NCBI GenBank assembly: GCA_963741425.1
Contig: CAVUHP010000010.1
Coordinates: 19,939-83,938, forward strand
Direction of reading: 5' to 3'
DNA: 64,000 nucleotides
Origin: an uncultured delta proteobacterium
Lineage (GTDB): Bacteria > Desulfobacterota > Desulfomonilia > Desulfomonilales > Desulfomonilaceae
Below are positions 39,598 through 49,018 of this stretch, in pieces. Within the stretch, counting starts at the first letter, position 1; each line of letters opens with the position of its first letter. The notes under the pieces are model-generated. The model had not been told where the DNA came from. It was given only the letters and a program-made list of their open reading frames with translations, and did no database searches. A program made the translations under genes and the position numbers.

Positions 39598-41356
39598 TCA
39601 CAGGCCGATGAGTTTCAGGGCACGACGAGTGTTGAAGGCAAAGCTGCGGATGGTCTTGGCGATATTTTTGCTGCCACAAATACGAAATACGTTGATGACA
39701 AGGTTGTGAAGGGAAGCCATGACCCTTGGGGCTTGTCCGGTACGTATTTGAGAGCGGTCTTCGTCAAAAGTAACGTCTCGGACCCAATGGAGTTTGTTCT
39801 CGATGCCCCAATGGTTGCGATTCAGTCCAAGGAGGCGTTGGGGTGTAGCCAGGTTCGGAAGAAGACTGGTGATGCCGTGGACTGTTTCGTGTGTTTCGCG
39901 TCCGCTTTTGACATGGTAGGTGTGGCGCTGGATGCGGAAGACCTGACCTACATAAGGGAAATCCAGGTATTGATTGAGGCAGTCGCTGACCCGGATTTCG
40001 CGTAGTTCAATGCGTCCGTGGTCCTTGTTGACCGTAGTCACCGCAGGGGGAAAAAGACTCGTTGTCGAGGTCCTCAATGTGGCTTTTGAGGGTCGGTTGG
40101 TTGTCTTTTACCGTGAAGACGTAGTCTGCTTTTTTCTCCTCTACGAGATAGCGGGCGGTGGTCTGTTGAGTGTGGAGCGCATCCGCGGTGACGACCCGCC
40201 CTTCGATGGGCAGAGGGTCCAAAAGAGATTTGAGGACGGTGATTTCGTTGGTATGCTCGGGAACGGCCTTTTGAGCCACGACGGTGGCTCCTTGATGGAG
40301 GAAAGCCGTAAGGATATGGGTTTGGCGGCCATTAGGGGAGCGTGCTCCCTTGAGGGTTTTTCCATCGACTGCGATAGCGGAGTCCGAAGGGCCGATAGCT
40401 TCAGGCCAACCCATGAGGCCAAGATCGACGGCTTCAGCGTCAACGGTTTGGATAAAGCGGCGGATGGTGGGTTCACTGGGGGGTAAGTAGCGTCCGGTTT
40501 TCTTGTCGCGACGGCACAGGAGTCGCTTGAGCATGTCTTGAGAGCAGGCTTGAGCCCATTGAGCGATGGCAGCAAAGCCGTGGGCACCGCAGACGAGTGC
40601 ACAGACCGCGATGGCAAGGATGGAGAGCTTCTTGTGGCGCATACCCCTGGCCATTCGAGGGTCGGGTATGGTGCGGAGTGCCTCCAGGAGGAGCTCGGCA
40701 TTTCTGATGGAGAGTTTCATGGGTTTGGGCTCCGAGTTGAGTTGGATGGAAAGGTATGGATCGGAAAGTCTCTGGGATGCGTCCGGTCGCAGTGTTCGGA
40801 CGAATACGAGCTTGGGGCAGCCGTGGTGAGTGTAGCGACCGGCGTGCCTGGCGAACCCTCGGGTATTTCCCAGACAGATCCATCCTGCAGCCTTGTAGCA
40901 GGTTCCTTGGAAGAAGCGTGGATCAACGAAGGTTTCCACGAGCCAGATGGGATGGCCATAAGCATTGTGCCAGTCTTGGGACAAGCGATTGATGTTGAGT
41001 GCGAGGATACGGGAAGCGAGATTGTGTACCCGCATACCTGGGAGGATCAAGAAACGGAAGTTGTTGGCCACAAGGGGAAGCCTGTGCCATTTCAAAGCAG
41101 CGGGCCAGCCGATCCATTGGTCTCGGGGTTTGCAGCTCAGAGCTGGGGCTGCCCACCCCAGCAGAGCGACCCATTGTTCTTTGTATACCGCCACGTAGCG
41201 GAGCGATTCACCGACGAGGCCCTGAAATCCGAGGTAGTGGTGTTCGCGCATGAGCTGCGCCCACAGACGCCTCTCCGAGTCGCAGATGAGGCGAACCTGC
41301 ACCCCGTTGACCAGTTCCCGAGCATCCTGATAATCCGTCCGGCCATCGTGTTCCAT
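39598..41356 (-). pseudogene. DUF4338-ISAs1-family fusion transposase, one frameshift at a T5C5 run (40046-40055)
   Basis: The N-terminal ~200 aa are DUF4338-like (GESLRYVAVYKEQWVALLGW..RDQWIGW..RLPLVANNFRFLILP..NLASRILALN..ETFVDPRFFQGTCYKAAGW). Then comes the ISAs1 N-terminal associated region (IPDPRMARGMRHKKLSILAIAV) and the DDE domain (AVDGKTLKGA..TADALHTQ..HWGIENKLHWVRDVTFDEDRS). ORFs 40007..41356 and 39598..40077 are in different frames. Confidence 0.8.
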
Positions 41357-41572
41357 GCCCCCCTTGATAGCAAAGGCCGGCAGGAATGTCCATAAAAATC
41401 AACTTTGGCCAGAATTCCTTGCGCTTGGGCTCAAGTATGACAGAGCCCTGGAGGGATGCACACCAAGCCTCAGTGGGTTATCTTAGCCATATTCCACTGG
41501 TGTTGCACTTCGTTTGTGAATTTAGGGGAATCCAGGAAGGACTGGTTCCAGTCTTTACCTAGGACAATGTAT

Positions 41573-41599
41573 GGACCCCGGCTTTCGCCAGGGTGACGG
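41573..41599. repeat. REP unit (inverse copy of the 29952 family)
   Basis: GGACCCCGGCTTTCGCCAGGGTGACGG is the inverse of GTCACCCTGGCGAAAGCCGGGGTCC. Confidence 0.4.
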
Positions 41600-41738
41600 A
41601 TGGCAACACGCCATCACTTTTGACAAACACTATATGCACAGATCGCGACCAATCTGATAACGGCCCGTTTTCGTATAATGCCGCCTAATGCCAGGTCAAA
41701 GACCTTCATGGTGAGGTTTTCAGCGCGTCCCAAACGGC

Positions 41739-42512
41739 CTAATGCATCCTTTGTCGCGCCTGCTCCACCGCTTTCCGAAAATCCGGGAACTTGGTCTTCA
41801 TAAAAGAATTGATCCATCGCTCGTAGCTGAGCATTCCTTCGTGCGGCGGTTCGGTATGATCCCTATCAGGAGGGCAGATCCGATACGGTTCACCTATCCC
41901 GGCCAGCCCCGAACGGGAAACTGCCAGACGTGCCGGAACCATATACATCCATTGACTGGGATATGATCTTATGGTTCGCAATTTGCACTCGATTTCGGAT
42001 TCACTGAGCGGATTGTGCAGGACCGGGAGACCGTTATCCGGAAAACCATTTATACGCCAGTGACAATAGAGATAACTACCGCTCGCATTGTAGAGGGGGA
42101 ATTCGTATAAGATCGGGTTCAAGCCCGCTCTGTAAGAAGCTTCATAAGCGAGGAAATTGACTGCGTCATGATCCGGATGGCCGCCTTCATATGCGTTGGA
42201 GAAAACCACGTCAGGCCTAACTGATTTCAGCATGTCAGCGACTTTGTCCGCGGCCTGGCTCAACATCGAAACCAAACCGAGATCCGGGAGCCTTAATAGG
42301 TGTATTGATTCTTCTTTGAGCCCTAAGAGAGCAGTTACCTTGGCCCACTCTCCTTTTCGAGTTTCTGTGTTGCCGAAATACTCACCGCAAGTGACCCACG
42401 CGGCCTCCACTTCGGCTCCTTGATTGAGCAACTGCTTCATCGTGCCTGTAATCAATACTTCATCGTCCGGGTGAGCGAACATGAACAAATATTTGGCACT
42501 CTTATCCAGCAT
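41739..42512 (-). CDS. PIG-L/LmbE-family deacetylase
   Basis: 257 aa with the AHPDDE and GGHPDHD metal-binding motifs. Confidence 0.8.
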   Translation of the reverse strand: MLDKSAKYLFMFAHPDDEVLITGTMKQLLNQGAEVEAAWVTCGEYFGNTETRKGEWAKVTALLGLKEESIHLLRLPDLGLVSMLSQAADKVADMLKSVRPDVVFSNAYEGGHPDHDAVNFLAYEASYRAGLNPILYEFPLYNASGSYLYCHWRINGFPDNGLPVLHNPLSESEIECKLRTIRSYPSQWMYMVPARLAVSRSGLAGIGEPYRICPPDRDHTEPPHEGMLSYERWINSFMKTKFPDFRKAVEQARQRMH

Positions 42513-42551
42513 TACTTCTCCCCAAACTCGCCGAGTTGTTATCGAGGAATA

Positions 42552-42803
42552 TTAATGGACCAAGTGAGCGCGGCCATTTTCCGGTGTGGCCTGAGGATGC
42601 AAATGGGAATAGATCTCTTGCAGGAAAGCTTCTTTACATGCCAGGCACATTATAAACGCGTCATCTTCATATACTTCATGATTGAGTTCTTCCTCAGTCC
42701 GTAGAGCAGCTCGTTTCATGATCCGGGCCATCCCCCCTACCCCCATTTCATCTGCTTCGTCAGGGATTACCCCGTCGAATACGGACCTAACACTTATGGC
42801 CAC
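42552..42803 (-). CDS. hypothetical small protein
   Basis: 83-aa ORF 40 nt upstream of the PIG-L gene, with a CLAC..H motif. I recognise no family. Confidence 0.3.
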   Translation of the reverse strand: MAISVRSVFDGVIPDEADEMGVGGMARIMKRAALRTEEELNHEVYEDDAFIMCLACKEAFLQEIYSHLHPQATPENGRAHLVH

Positions 42804-42942
42804 TTCTGTACTTTAGTGAACCTTCAGCTAGTACACAGCCGCACCTATGACATCGAACTCTGCTCATGACATTGACAGCGCCTCTTACCAAGATTATAAA
42901 AAATACATTGTCTATGTGCCAGTAAAATTATCGGAGGTGGGT

Positions 42943-43941
42943 ATGCACTTTCCTGAATACAGGGCAAGGCGGCTCCGACAGACAGAAACTCTTCGCAGTA
43001 TGGTCCGGGAAGTCCGGCTGGACGAACAGGATTTCATCCTGCCGTATTTTATCCTTCCCGGTAAAGGAATAAAAAAGCCCATCTCCAGCATGCCCGGCCA
43101 TTTTCAATTATCGACGGACATGCTCCTTAGAGAGTTGAAAGAGCCTGTGGAAAGAGGCATACCTGCCATAATCCTTTTCGGAATACCCGAGAAAAAGGAT
43201 GCAGTCGGATCGGAAGCGTACGCGAAAAATGGAATTGTTCAGCAGGCTGTTAGGGCAGTCAAGAAATCGTTTCCAGATCTCGTGGTCATAACCGACATAT
43301 GTTTATGTGAATATACCGATCACGGCCATTGTGGAGTCATACACGATGGCGACGTTGATAACGATCGAACTTTAGATCTCTTGGCCCAAACAGCATTGTC
43401 TCATGCTTCAGCGGGTGCGGACATGGTCGCGCCGAGTGACATGATGGACGGTCGAGTCGGCGCCATTAGGGAAGCGTTGGACGAAAGCGGATTTGAGCTT
43501 GTCCCTATAATGTCTTACTCCGCGAAATACGCATCCGCGTTTTACGGGCCGTTCCGCGAAGCAGCAGAATCGCCACCCAAATTTGGAGATCGGCGTTCCT
43601 ACCAGATGGACCCGGCGAATTCCGATGAAGCAATTCGCGAGACCGCTATGGATGTCGAAGAAGGCGCTGATTTAATAATGGTGAAACCGGCTTTGCCGTA
43701 TCTGGACGTGATATGGCGAGTTCGAAATACATTCGATCTCCCCCTCGTCGCATACAACGTCAGCGGCGAATTTGCCATGATAAAAGCCGCTGCCCAAAAT
43801 GGATGGATTGACGGCGATCGCTGTATGATGGAAGCTTTGACTTCAATAAAGCGAGCCGGGGCCGACCTTATAATCTCCTACCATGCTTTGGAAGCAGTCC
43901 GCATCCTCCAGGGAGCGTCCCGAAATTCGAGGAAAATTTGA
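42943..43941 (+). CDS. hemB: porphobilinogen synthase (delta-aminolevulinic acid dehydratase)
   Basis: A GGAGG RBS precedes ATG 42943. The sequence reads [23 protein letters not shown]..., with a Zn-site [12 protein letters not shown] and active-site lysines (..MVKPA..). Confidence 0.9.
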   Translation: MHFPEYRARRLRQTETLRSMVREVRLDEQDFILPYFILPGKGIKKPISSMPGHFQLSTDMLLRELKEPVERGIPAIILFGIPEKKDAVGSEAYAKNGIVQQAVRAVKKSFPDLVVITDICLCEYTDHGHCGVIHDGDVDNDRTLDLLAQTALSHASAGADMVAPSDMMDGRVGAIREALDESGFELVPIMSYSAKYASAFYGPFREAAESPPKFGDRRSYQMDPANSDEAIRETAMDVEEGADLIMVKPALPYLDVIWRVRNTFDLPLVAYNVSGEFAMIKAAAQNGWIDGDRCMMEALTSIKRAGADLIISYHALEAVRILQGASRNSRKI

Positions 43942-44987
43942 ATCCCTCCGAATTGAGATTGGTGGCCTGGGAGATGACGCGCGCCTGCAACCTGGCATGC
44001 GTGCACTGCCGGGCTGGGGCCTGTCCCGACGCTGATCCGGACGAACTTTCTTCTCAAGAGGGGCGTGCTCTTATTGACGGGATAGCTGCCATAGGCAAAC
44101 CTATATTGATCATGACCGGTGGTGAACCGCTCCTGCGAAAAGATTTGTTCGATCTTGCTCGTTATGCCATTAATTCCGGTCTACGTGCGGTGCTTGCCAC
44201 TAACGGAGTGCTGGTCACGCACGAAATTGCCAAAGAAATCGGAAAAACAGGAATTGCTCGAGTAAGTATAAGTCTCGATGGGCCAACGCCGGAAGAGCAC
44301 GACGCTTTCCGTAAAGTTCCAGGCGCCTTCGCGAAATCGCTTGAGGGTATAGACAATTTACGTAGCACAGGAGTTTCCGTTCAAATCAATACTACTCTGA
44401 CACGTCGTAACCGGAATCGCCTCGCGAAACTAATGGAACTGGCCGAAGAAATAGGAGCAGACGCGTTTCACGTGTTCCTTCTCGTCCCGACAGGTCGTGC
44501 GAGAGACATGGCGGGCGAAGAGATGGACCGGGACGAGTACGAAGAGACCTTGACCGAATTCTATCACCTTGCGCGGACGTCCCGGTTGGAAACCAAGGCC
44601 ACCTGCGCCCCCCAGTACTATAGAATACTGAGACAGCAGGCGAAGACCGAAGGCATTGAAGTCACAGAAAACACCTTCGGTCTCAACGCACGCACGCGTG
44701 GCTGCCTTGGTGGGATTTCATTTGTATTCGTCTCTCATAAAGGCGACTTGCAGCCCTGTGGCTATTTCGATATGCGAGCAGGAACCCTTCGAGAAGCCGG
44801 ATTCGGCGAGATATGGAAAAACTCCGCTCTCTTTAAGGATCTTCGTAATTTCAGTCTGCTGGAAGGTAAGTGCCGTAAATGTAATTATTTGCGTTTTTGT
44901 GGCGGTTGCAGGGCCAGGGCATTCGAATTGACGGGTCGTTATACGGCAGAAGAGCCGTATTGCGCCTACCAACCACCTGCGATGTAA
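43938..44987 (+). CDS. NirJ-like radical SAM/SPASM protein (AhbC/AhbD-type alternative heme biosynthesis)
   Basis: It has a CNLACVHC radical SAM motif and a C-terminal SPASM cysteine cluster (CLGG..C...[17 protein letters not shown]). It overlaps the hemB stop by 4 nt; hemB-ahb linkage is known in sulfate reducers. Confidence 0.7.
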   Translation: MNPSELRLVAWEMTRACNLACVHCRAGACPDADPDELSSQEGRALIDGIAAIGKPILIMTGGEPLLRKDLFDLARYAINSGLRAVLATNGVLVTHEIAKEIGKTGIARVSISLDGPTPEEHDAFRKVPGAFAKSLEGIDNLRSTGVSVQINTTLTRRNRNRLAKLMELAEEIGADAFHVFLLVPTGRARDMAGEEMDRDEYEETLTEFYHLARTSRLETKATCAPQYYRILRQQAKTEGIEVTENTFGLNARTRGCLGGISFVFVSHKGDLQPCGYFDMRAGTLREAGFGEIWKNSALFKDLRNFSLLEGKCRKCNYLRFCGGCRARAFELTGRYTAEEPYCAYQPPAM

Positions 44988-45021
44988 TGGATTTAAGAGG
45001 GACTATTTTTGGGAGGAACAA

Positions 45022-45651
45022 ATGATTATTGAGCAGATATTGATCGGCGGATTCGACATTTTCTGTTACGTGCTGGGAGATGAACAGACCGGTCAAGGAA
45101 TAGTGGTCGACCCTGGGGGCCCGGCCCAGGGAATACTGAAACGTGCCAAAGAAAGTGGTGTAAACCGGATCGACGTGATCGTCAACACGCATGTTCACGT
45201 AGACCATACCGCCGGCAATAAGGCCATGCACGATGCAACGGGAGCGCCGATTGCGATCCATGAGGCCGACGCGGAGGGGCTAATGCACCCGAATAAGGGC
45301 ATGTTGGCCATGTTTAATGCCGAGGCGTCTCCCGCAGCGACAATGTTGCTTAAAGATGGGGACAAAATCACATTCGGCAATCAATCGGTCAGTGTGATTC
45401 ATACCCCAGGTCATAGCGCGGGCGGAATTTGCCTGTATTTTCCGGGTTACGTGATTACGGGGGATACGTTATTCGTCGGAGGCGTGGGACGGACCGATCT
45501 GCCGGGCGGATCTTACCAGGTACTGCAAGCTTCTATTCGCAACAAGCTGTTCACTTTACCCGATGACACTATTGTGCTTCCAGGCCATCATTACGGACCG
45601 ACCCCCACATCGACCATAGGCAGAGAAAAGGTTGAAAACCCGTTTACGTAA
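45022..45651 (+). CDS. MBL-fold metallo-hydrolase (glyoxalase II-like)
   Basis: 209 aa with the THVHVDH motif, HTPGHS and ..GDTLFVGGVGRTD. Confidence 0.8.
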   Translation: MIIEQILIGGFDIFCYVLGDEQTGQGIVVDPGGPAQGILKRAKESGVNRIDVIVNTHVHVDHTAGNKAMHDATGAPIAIHEADAEGLMHPNKGMLAMFNAEASPAATMLLKDGDKITFGNQSVSVIHTPGHSAGGICLYFPGYVITGDTLFVGGVGRTDLPGGSYQVLQASIRNKLFTLPDDTIVLPGHHYGPTPTSTIGREKVENPFT

Positions 45652-45755
45652 GGCGCGGAGGTTATAGGGGTTTCAAGAATAATCGCGAGAAGAAAACGAT
45701 TTGGTGGCGACGTCCCGCGGAGAACGCGGGATTGCCCGTCCCATTTAATAGACGG

Positions 45756-45803
45756 GCTGGAAGCCCATCCTACCGGGATTACAAGCTGGAAGCCTGTCCT
45801 ACC
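45756..45803. repeat. two tandem REP-like units GCTGGAAGCC(C/T)(A/G)TCCTACC
   Basis: The units are at 45756-45774 and 45785-45803. They are preceded by small hairpins (TCCCGCG..CGCGGGA at 45713-45731; CCCGTC..GACGGG at 45735-45756). Confidence 0.5.
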
Positions 45804-45996
45804 ATCCTGCATCCGCTCCGATCACTTATTGGTTATGCGCACAAAACTTTTGAGAACTACTATAGAATCTTCGTGGGTGTGACCAGTCGCCGGTGCCTAT
45901 ATATTGGTAACCGGGCCAGAAAGTGGCAGCTATGGCACGGTGAAACACAGAATTGAGGGTTTCTGCCTGATTTGAGGCAATTCTTCGCAAGCTGAT

Positions 45997-47224
45997 CTAA
46001 TTGAAAAAGATTTCCGGATTTTCCAAAAGTTCGCCGGAACCATTCTCAACAAGGACTATCTGATCGGCGAGGACCTGAATTTCAGGTACAGAGTGGGTTA
46101 CGTACAGGATCGGGTGGAGGAACTCTATTGAATAAGAAACATGTGTTCCGCTGGCAGACGCAGCACAATAGACTTTCCTTTGGAAGCGTGCAGTTCTCTG
46201 GACATGCCACGGGGTAACAATCACCTCAAGAGAGGTCGAATAAGGGGCGCACGTGACGATAATCGTCCTTGCAGCTCCATTCTCGTAGACATCGCGGATA
46301 GTGCCTTCTAACACGTTGATCTCTGAAAGACCCTGGTCCCCGGGCATCACAATTAATACATCTTCTGACCTAATGCCCGCAACTACTGAAGCGCGGTCCG
46401 CTGTCGTCGAGGTCCTTGCACGCGTTGATGCTCTCAGAGCAGTACCGATCTCTTTACAATATATTGAAAGATAATCTCTCGTACGGCTTTCAACTGTGCC
46501 CTGAAAGAGATTGCCAATGCCTAAGAATCTGGCAACTTCTATGCTTGCGGGGCAGTGGTAAACCTCTGCTTTGCTTCCCTGCTGATGAAGCGTCCCGTCA
46601 ATAATAATGCTGATGGTATCGCCGAGGAAGAAAGCCTCTTCCAGATCGTGGGTGACCATCAGTATGGCAAGGTCGTACCGACTCTGTAAGTCTCTCACCA
46701 GATACCAGAGTTCTTTCTTTAGGCTTTCGTGGAGAGCAGAAAGCGGTTCATCCAATACCAGATACTTACAGCCGGATGCTACCGCTCTTGCAAGAGCCGT
46801 CCTCTGGCGTTCCCCGCCGCTGAGATTCTGTACCGAGCGATCCAGGAGGTGCCTGATCCCCAGAGAGTCAACCAGTTCCTGTACGATGCCGTTCTCGATG
46901 TCTTGTCTATTGCCTCGAATTCTGACTGGATAGAGGATGTTTTCCCTTACTGTCATGTGAGGAAACAGCGCCAAGTCTTGCGGCACATAGGAGAGTCCCC
47001 GTCGCTCTATGGGAAGGTCGGTGATTTCCTTGTCTTCCAAAATGACCTTCCCCTCTTGCGGGTCTTCTCAATCCAATGACGGATTCCAAGAGGAGCGTTT
47101 TTCCGCTGCCTGTGGGGCCGAGTATCACGTGGCACGATGAGGGGAGAACCGTGAGGGAGACGTTGCTGAGGATAAAACTCCCTGCTCTCACGGAGAGATC
47201 CACAACCTCAAGCATAGGAAGCAC
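45997..47224 (-). pseudogene. modC: molybdate/tungstate ABC transporter ATP-binding protein (ModC-like, with a TOBE-like C-terminal region), frameshift near 47057-47063
   Basis: Walker A (GPTGSGKT) is in ORF 46907..47224. The Q-loop, LSGGERQR, LVLDEP and H-loop (MVTHD) are in ORF 45997..47040, in a different frame. The junction RRP|QEGKVILEDKEITD is restored by removing one C/G from a 3-nt run. Confidence 0.75.
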
Positions 47225-47984
47225 CCCTGGAGAGGAAGCGGACTACATAGAGAATGCTCAGCCCGATAGACACGAGTATGAGAATCAAGACCACGGTTCC
47301 CTCTATCTCGGCACTGGAGAGCCTCATAAATATTGCGATGGGCAGCGTCTCGGTCTTCATAGCCATTGACCCCGCTATGGTAATGGTTGCTCCGAATTCC
47401 CCCAACGCCTTTGCCCAAGACAGGATGGACGCTGCTATAATGCCCCTCTTGCTCAGTGGGAGGGTTATGGTGAGAAAGGCTTTGCCTGGAGAGGCTCCGA
47501 GGGTCCTGGCAACCGCCTCGTACCGGACGGGTATCTCGTCCATCGCAGCCTTTATGAGTCTGGTTGACACACCGCAGATGGTTACGAATTGAGCCAGGAC
47601 AATGCCGTAGAAGGTGAACACGAACTGGGCCCCGTGATCCTGTATCCACAAGCCGAGTGGATTATTGAAGAAAATCAACAACATTGCGCCCAGCGCCGCC
47701 GGAGAGACGATCATGGGGAGTTCCAGAATCGTGTCAACGGCTCTTTTCCCTGAGAAGTCATATCGAGACAGTGCAAACGCCGACGGAATCGCAATGAGTA
47801 TGGAGAGCAGAGTGCTGATCGTAGCGGCAACAACACTTAGGCGTATGGAAAAGAGGGTTCTTTCGGAGAATAACGTGTCCAACAACGTCTCTCTCCGAAA
47901 GAAGTAGAATAGGGACAGAATAAAAACAGCATAGAGTCCGAACGTGGCTAATGAGCAGGCGATTGAAATCTTCTTGAAGGTCAT
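47208..47984 (-). CDS. modB: molybdate/tungstate ABC transporter permease
   Basis: 258 aa, 5-6 TM, with the EAA-like loop (AMDEIPVRYEAVARTLGAS) and the ALGEFGATITIAG motif. Confidence 0.8.
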   Translation of the reverse strand: MTFKKISIACSLATFGLYAVFILSLFYFFRRETLLDTLFSERTLFSIRLSVVAATISTLLSILIAIPSAFALSRYDFSGKRAVDTILELPMIVSPAALGAMLLIFFNNPLGLWIQDHGAQFVFTFYGIVLAQFVTICGVSTRLIKAAMDEIPVRYEAVARTLGASPGKAFLTITLPLSKRGIIAASILSWAKALGEFGATITIAGSMAMKTETLPIAIFMRLSSAEIEGTVVLILILVSIGLSILYVVRFLSRGASYA

Positions 47985-48849
47985 TTCTTGATCCAGTCCT
48001 TGGGGACCACGTATTCGCCGCCCACCGGTTTTTTCTCCCCGATCCAGGCCGACGCCTCATCGGCACTCATAAAGTAATGATACTTTCTGAAGATACTCTT
48101 GCCGTCCTCTGACAAGAGGAAATCAATGAATTTCTGAGCCAGTGGTCGGTTCGAGGTGAATTTTGCTACGGCGATGGGGATGTATCCGATGCGGATGACT
48201 TGGGACTTGTCAAGCGGGATGGTCTCGATACGTTCCGGGTCCCAATAGTGGAATACTCTCCAGCCGATAACAGCGTCGGCGGCTTTCAAAGAGATCGCGG
48301 TAGCAGTTTTTTCACAGCTCTCCGTGTAGTTGATGAGATTCTTTCTTGAAAGCCTCTTTTTCTTCAGGAGTCAAGAGTGATTCGACTATTTCAACTGCGT
48401 AGGCCCCCACGCATACGCCTTCCGGGTTGGCTATGGCGACTTTGAGACCGGGACGAGCAAGGTCTTTGAGGGTTTTGACATTCTTTGGATTTCCCTTTTG
48501 GACATTGATTGCCGGAACGAGATAGACGATGATTTTCTCGGTTTCGGGGTAAACAGCCTCTTTCTTCTTTGCCAGCTCCATGTAATCCGAGGAGCCGGGA
48601 AAATAGAGGTCTCCTTTCTTGCCCAGCATCATTTGCGAAAGCACATACCCCGATCCCCCGAAGATCACGTCAACCTTGACCCCGGTCTTGTCCTCAAATG
48701 CTTTTGCCGCTTCTTCCGTGGGCGGTTTGCTCGCTGCTCCGGCGAATACCATCAGGCTTTCCGCTGCAATGCACTCTTGCCCAGAAACCGAGATCATTAA
48801 GCTGACAGTCAAGTCATAATATTAAAGTGCTGACGAGTCTTGAACACAT
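47981..48849 (-). pseudogene. modA: molybdate/tungstate ABC transporter periplasmic binding protein, two frameshifts
   Basis: There are three pieces in three frames: MCSRLVSTLIL (signal, ATG 48849); ..LTVSLMISVSGQECIAAESLMVFAGAAS..VIFGGSGYVLSQM.. (48312..48812); and ..LINYTESCEKTATAISLKAADAVIGW..GYIPIAVAKFTSN.. (47981..). The shifts are near 48815-48825 and in an A-run near 48340-48348. Confidence 0.7.
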
Positions 48850-48850
48850 T

Positions 48851-48943
48851 CCCGTGATCCTCGTATTGCCTTTCCCCGGCGGGGTTGCAGCAAATCTATC
48901 TGGTCGGAAGGCCTTACCATCCTTCCAGCCAGGAAACGTGACC
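48851..48943 (-). promoter_or_regulatory. candidate molybdenum/tungsten cofactor (Moco/Tuco) riboswitch in the mod leader
   Basis: The minus-strand RNA reads CUGGCUGGAAGGAUGGUAAGGCCUUCCGACCAG...GCAACCCCGCCGGGGAAAGGCAAUACGAGGAUCACGGGAAUG. The CCGACC, CCCGCC and GGAAAGG blocks resemble the conserved Moco-motif core as I remember it. The RBS (GAGGA) and ATG follow immediately. This has not been checked with a covariance model. Confidence 0.45.
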
Positions 48944-49018
48944 CAATAAAAGCGAGTCACAAGAGAAAATCCAAAAAACTCTGAACTGAGCAGGCATTTC
49001 TCTCGCTACGTTCCTGCC

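Larger units (their letters stand above)
39390..41450 (-). mobile_element. GC-rich insertion sequence (ISAs1-like); boundaries are tentative
   Basis: The block is about 55-60% GC against about 33-50% in the flanks (hand counts of sample lines). It is flanked by identical 13-nt direct repeats GAGGGATGCACAC at 39377-39389 and 41451-41463 and contains the fusion transposase gene. I could not find terminal inverted repeats by eye. Confidence 0.45.

Noticed and set aside
40040-40060. Programmed ribosomal frameshift at the T5C5 (G5A5 on plus) run in the ISAs1-like transposase
   Set aside because: Programmed frameshifting is established for IS1/IS3-type elements, not for ISAs1. The same kind of single-base homopolymer indel also disrupts housekeeping genes in this window, so sequence error or simple mutation is more likely.
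39974-41395. Large plus-strand ORFs inside the IS (285 aa at 40538-41395, 170 aa at 39974-40486, and several of ~80 aa)
   Set aside because: These are antisense to a well-supported transposase gene. Open frames are expected by chance in GC-rich DNA, and the products are compositionally odd with no motifs.
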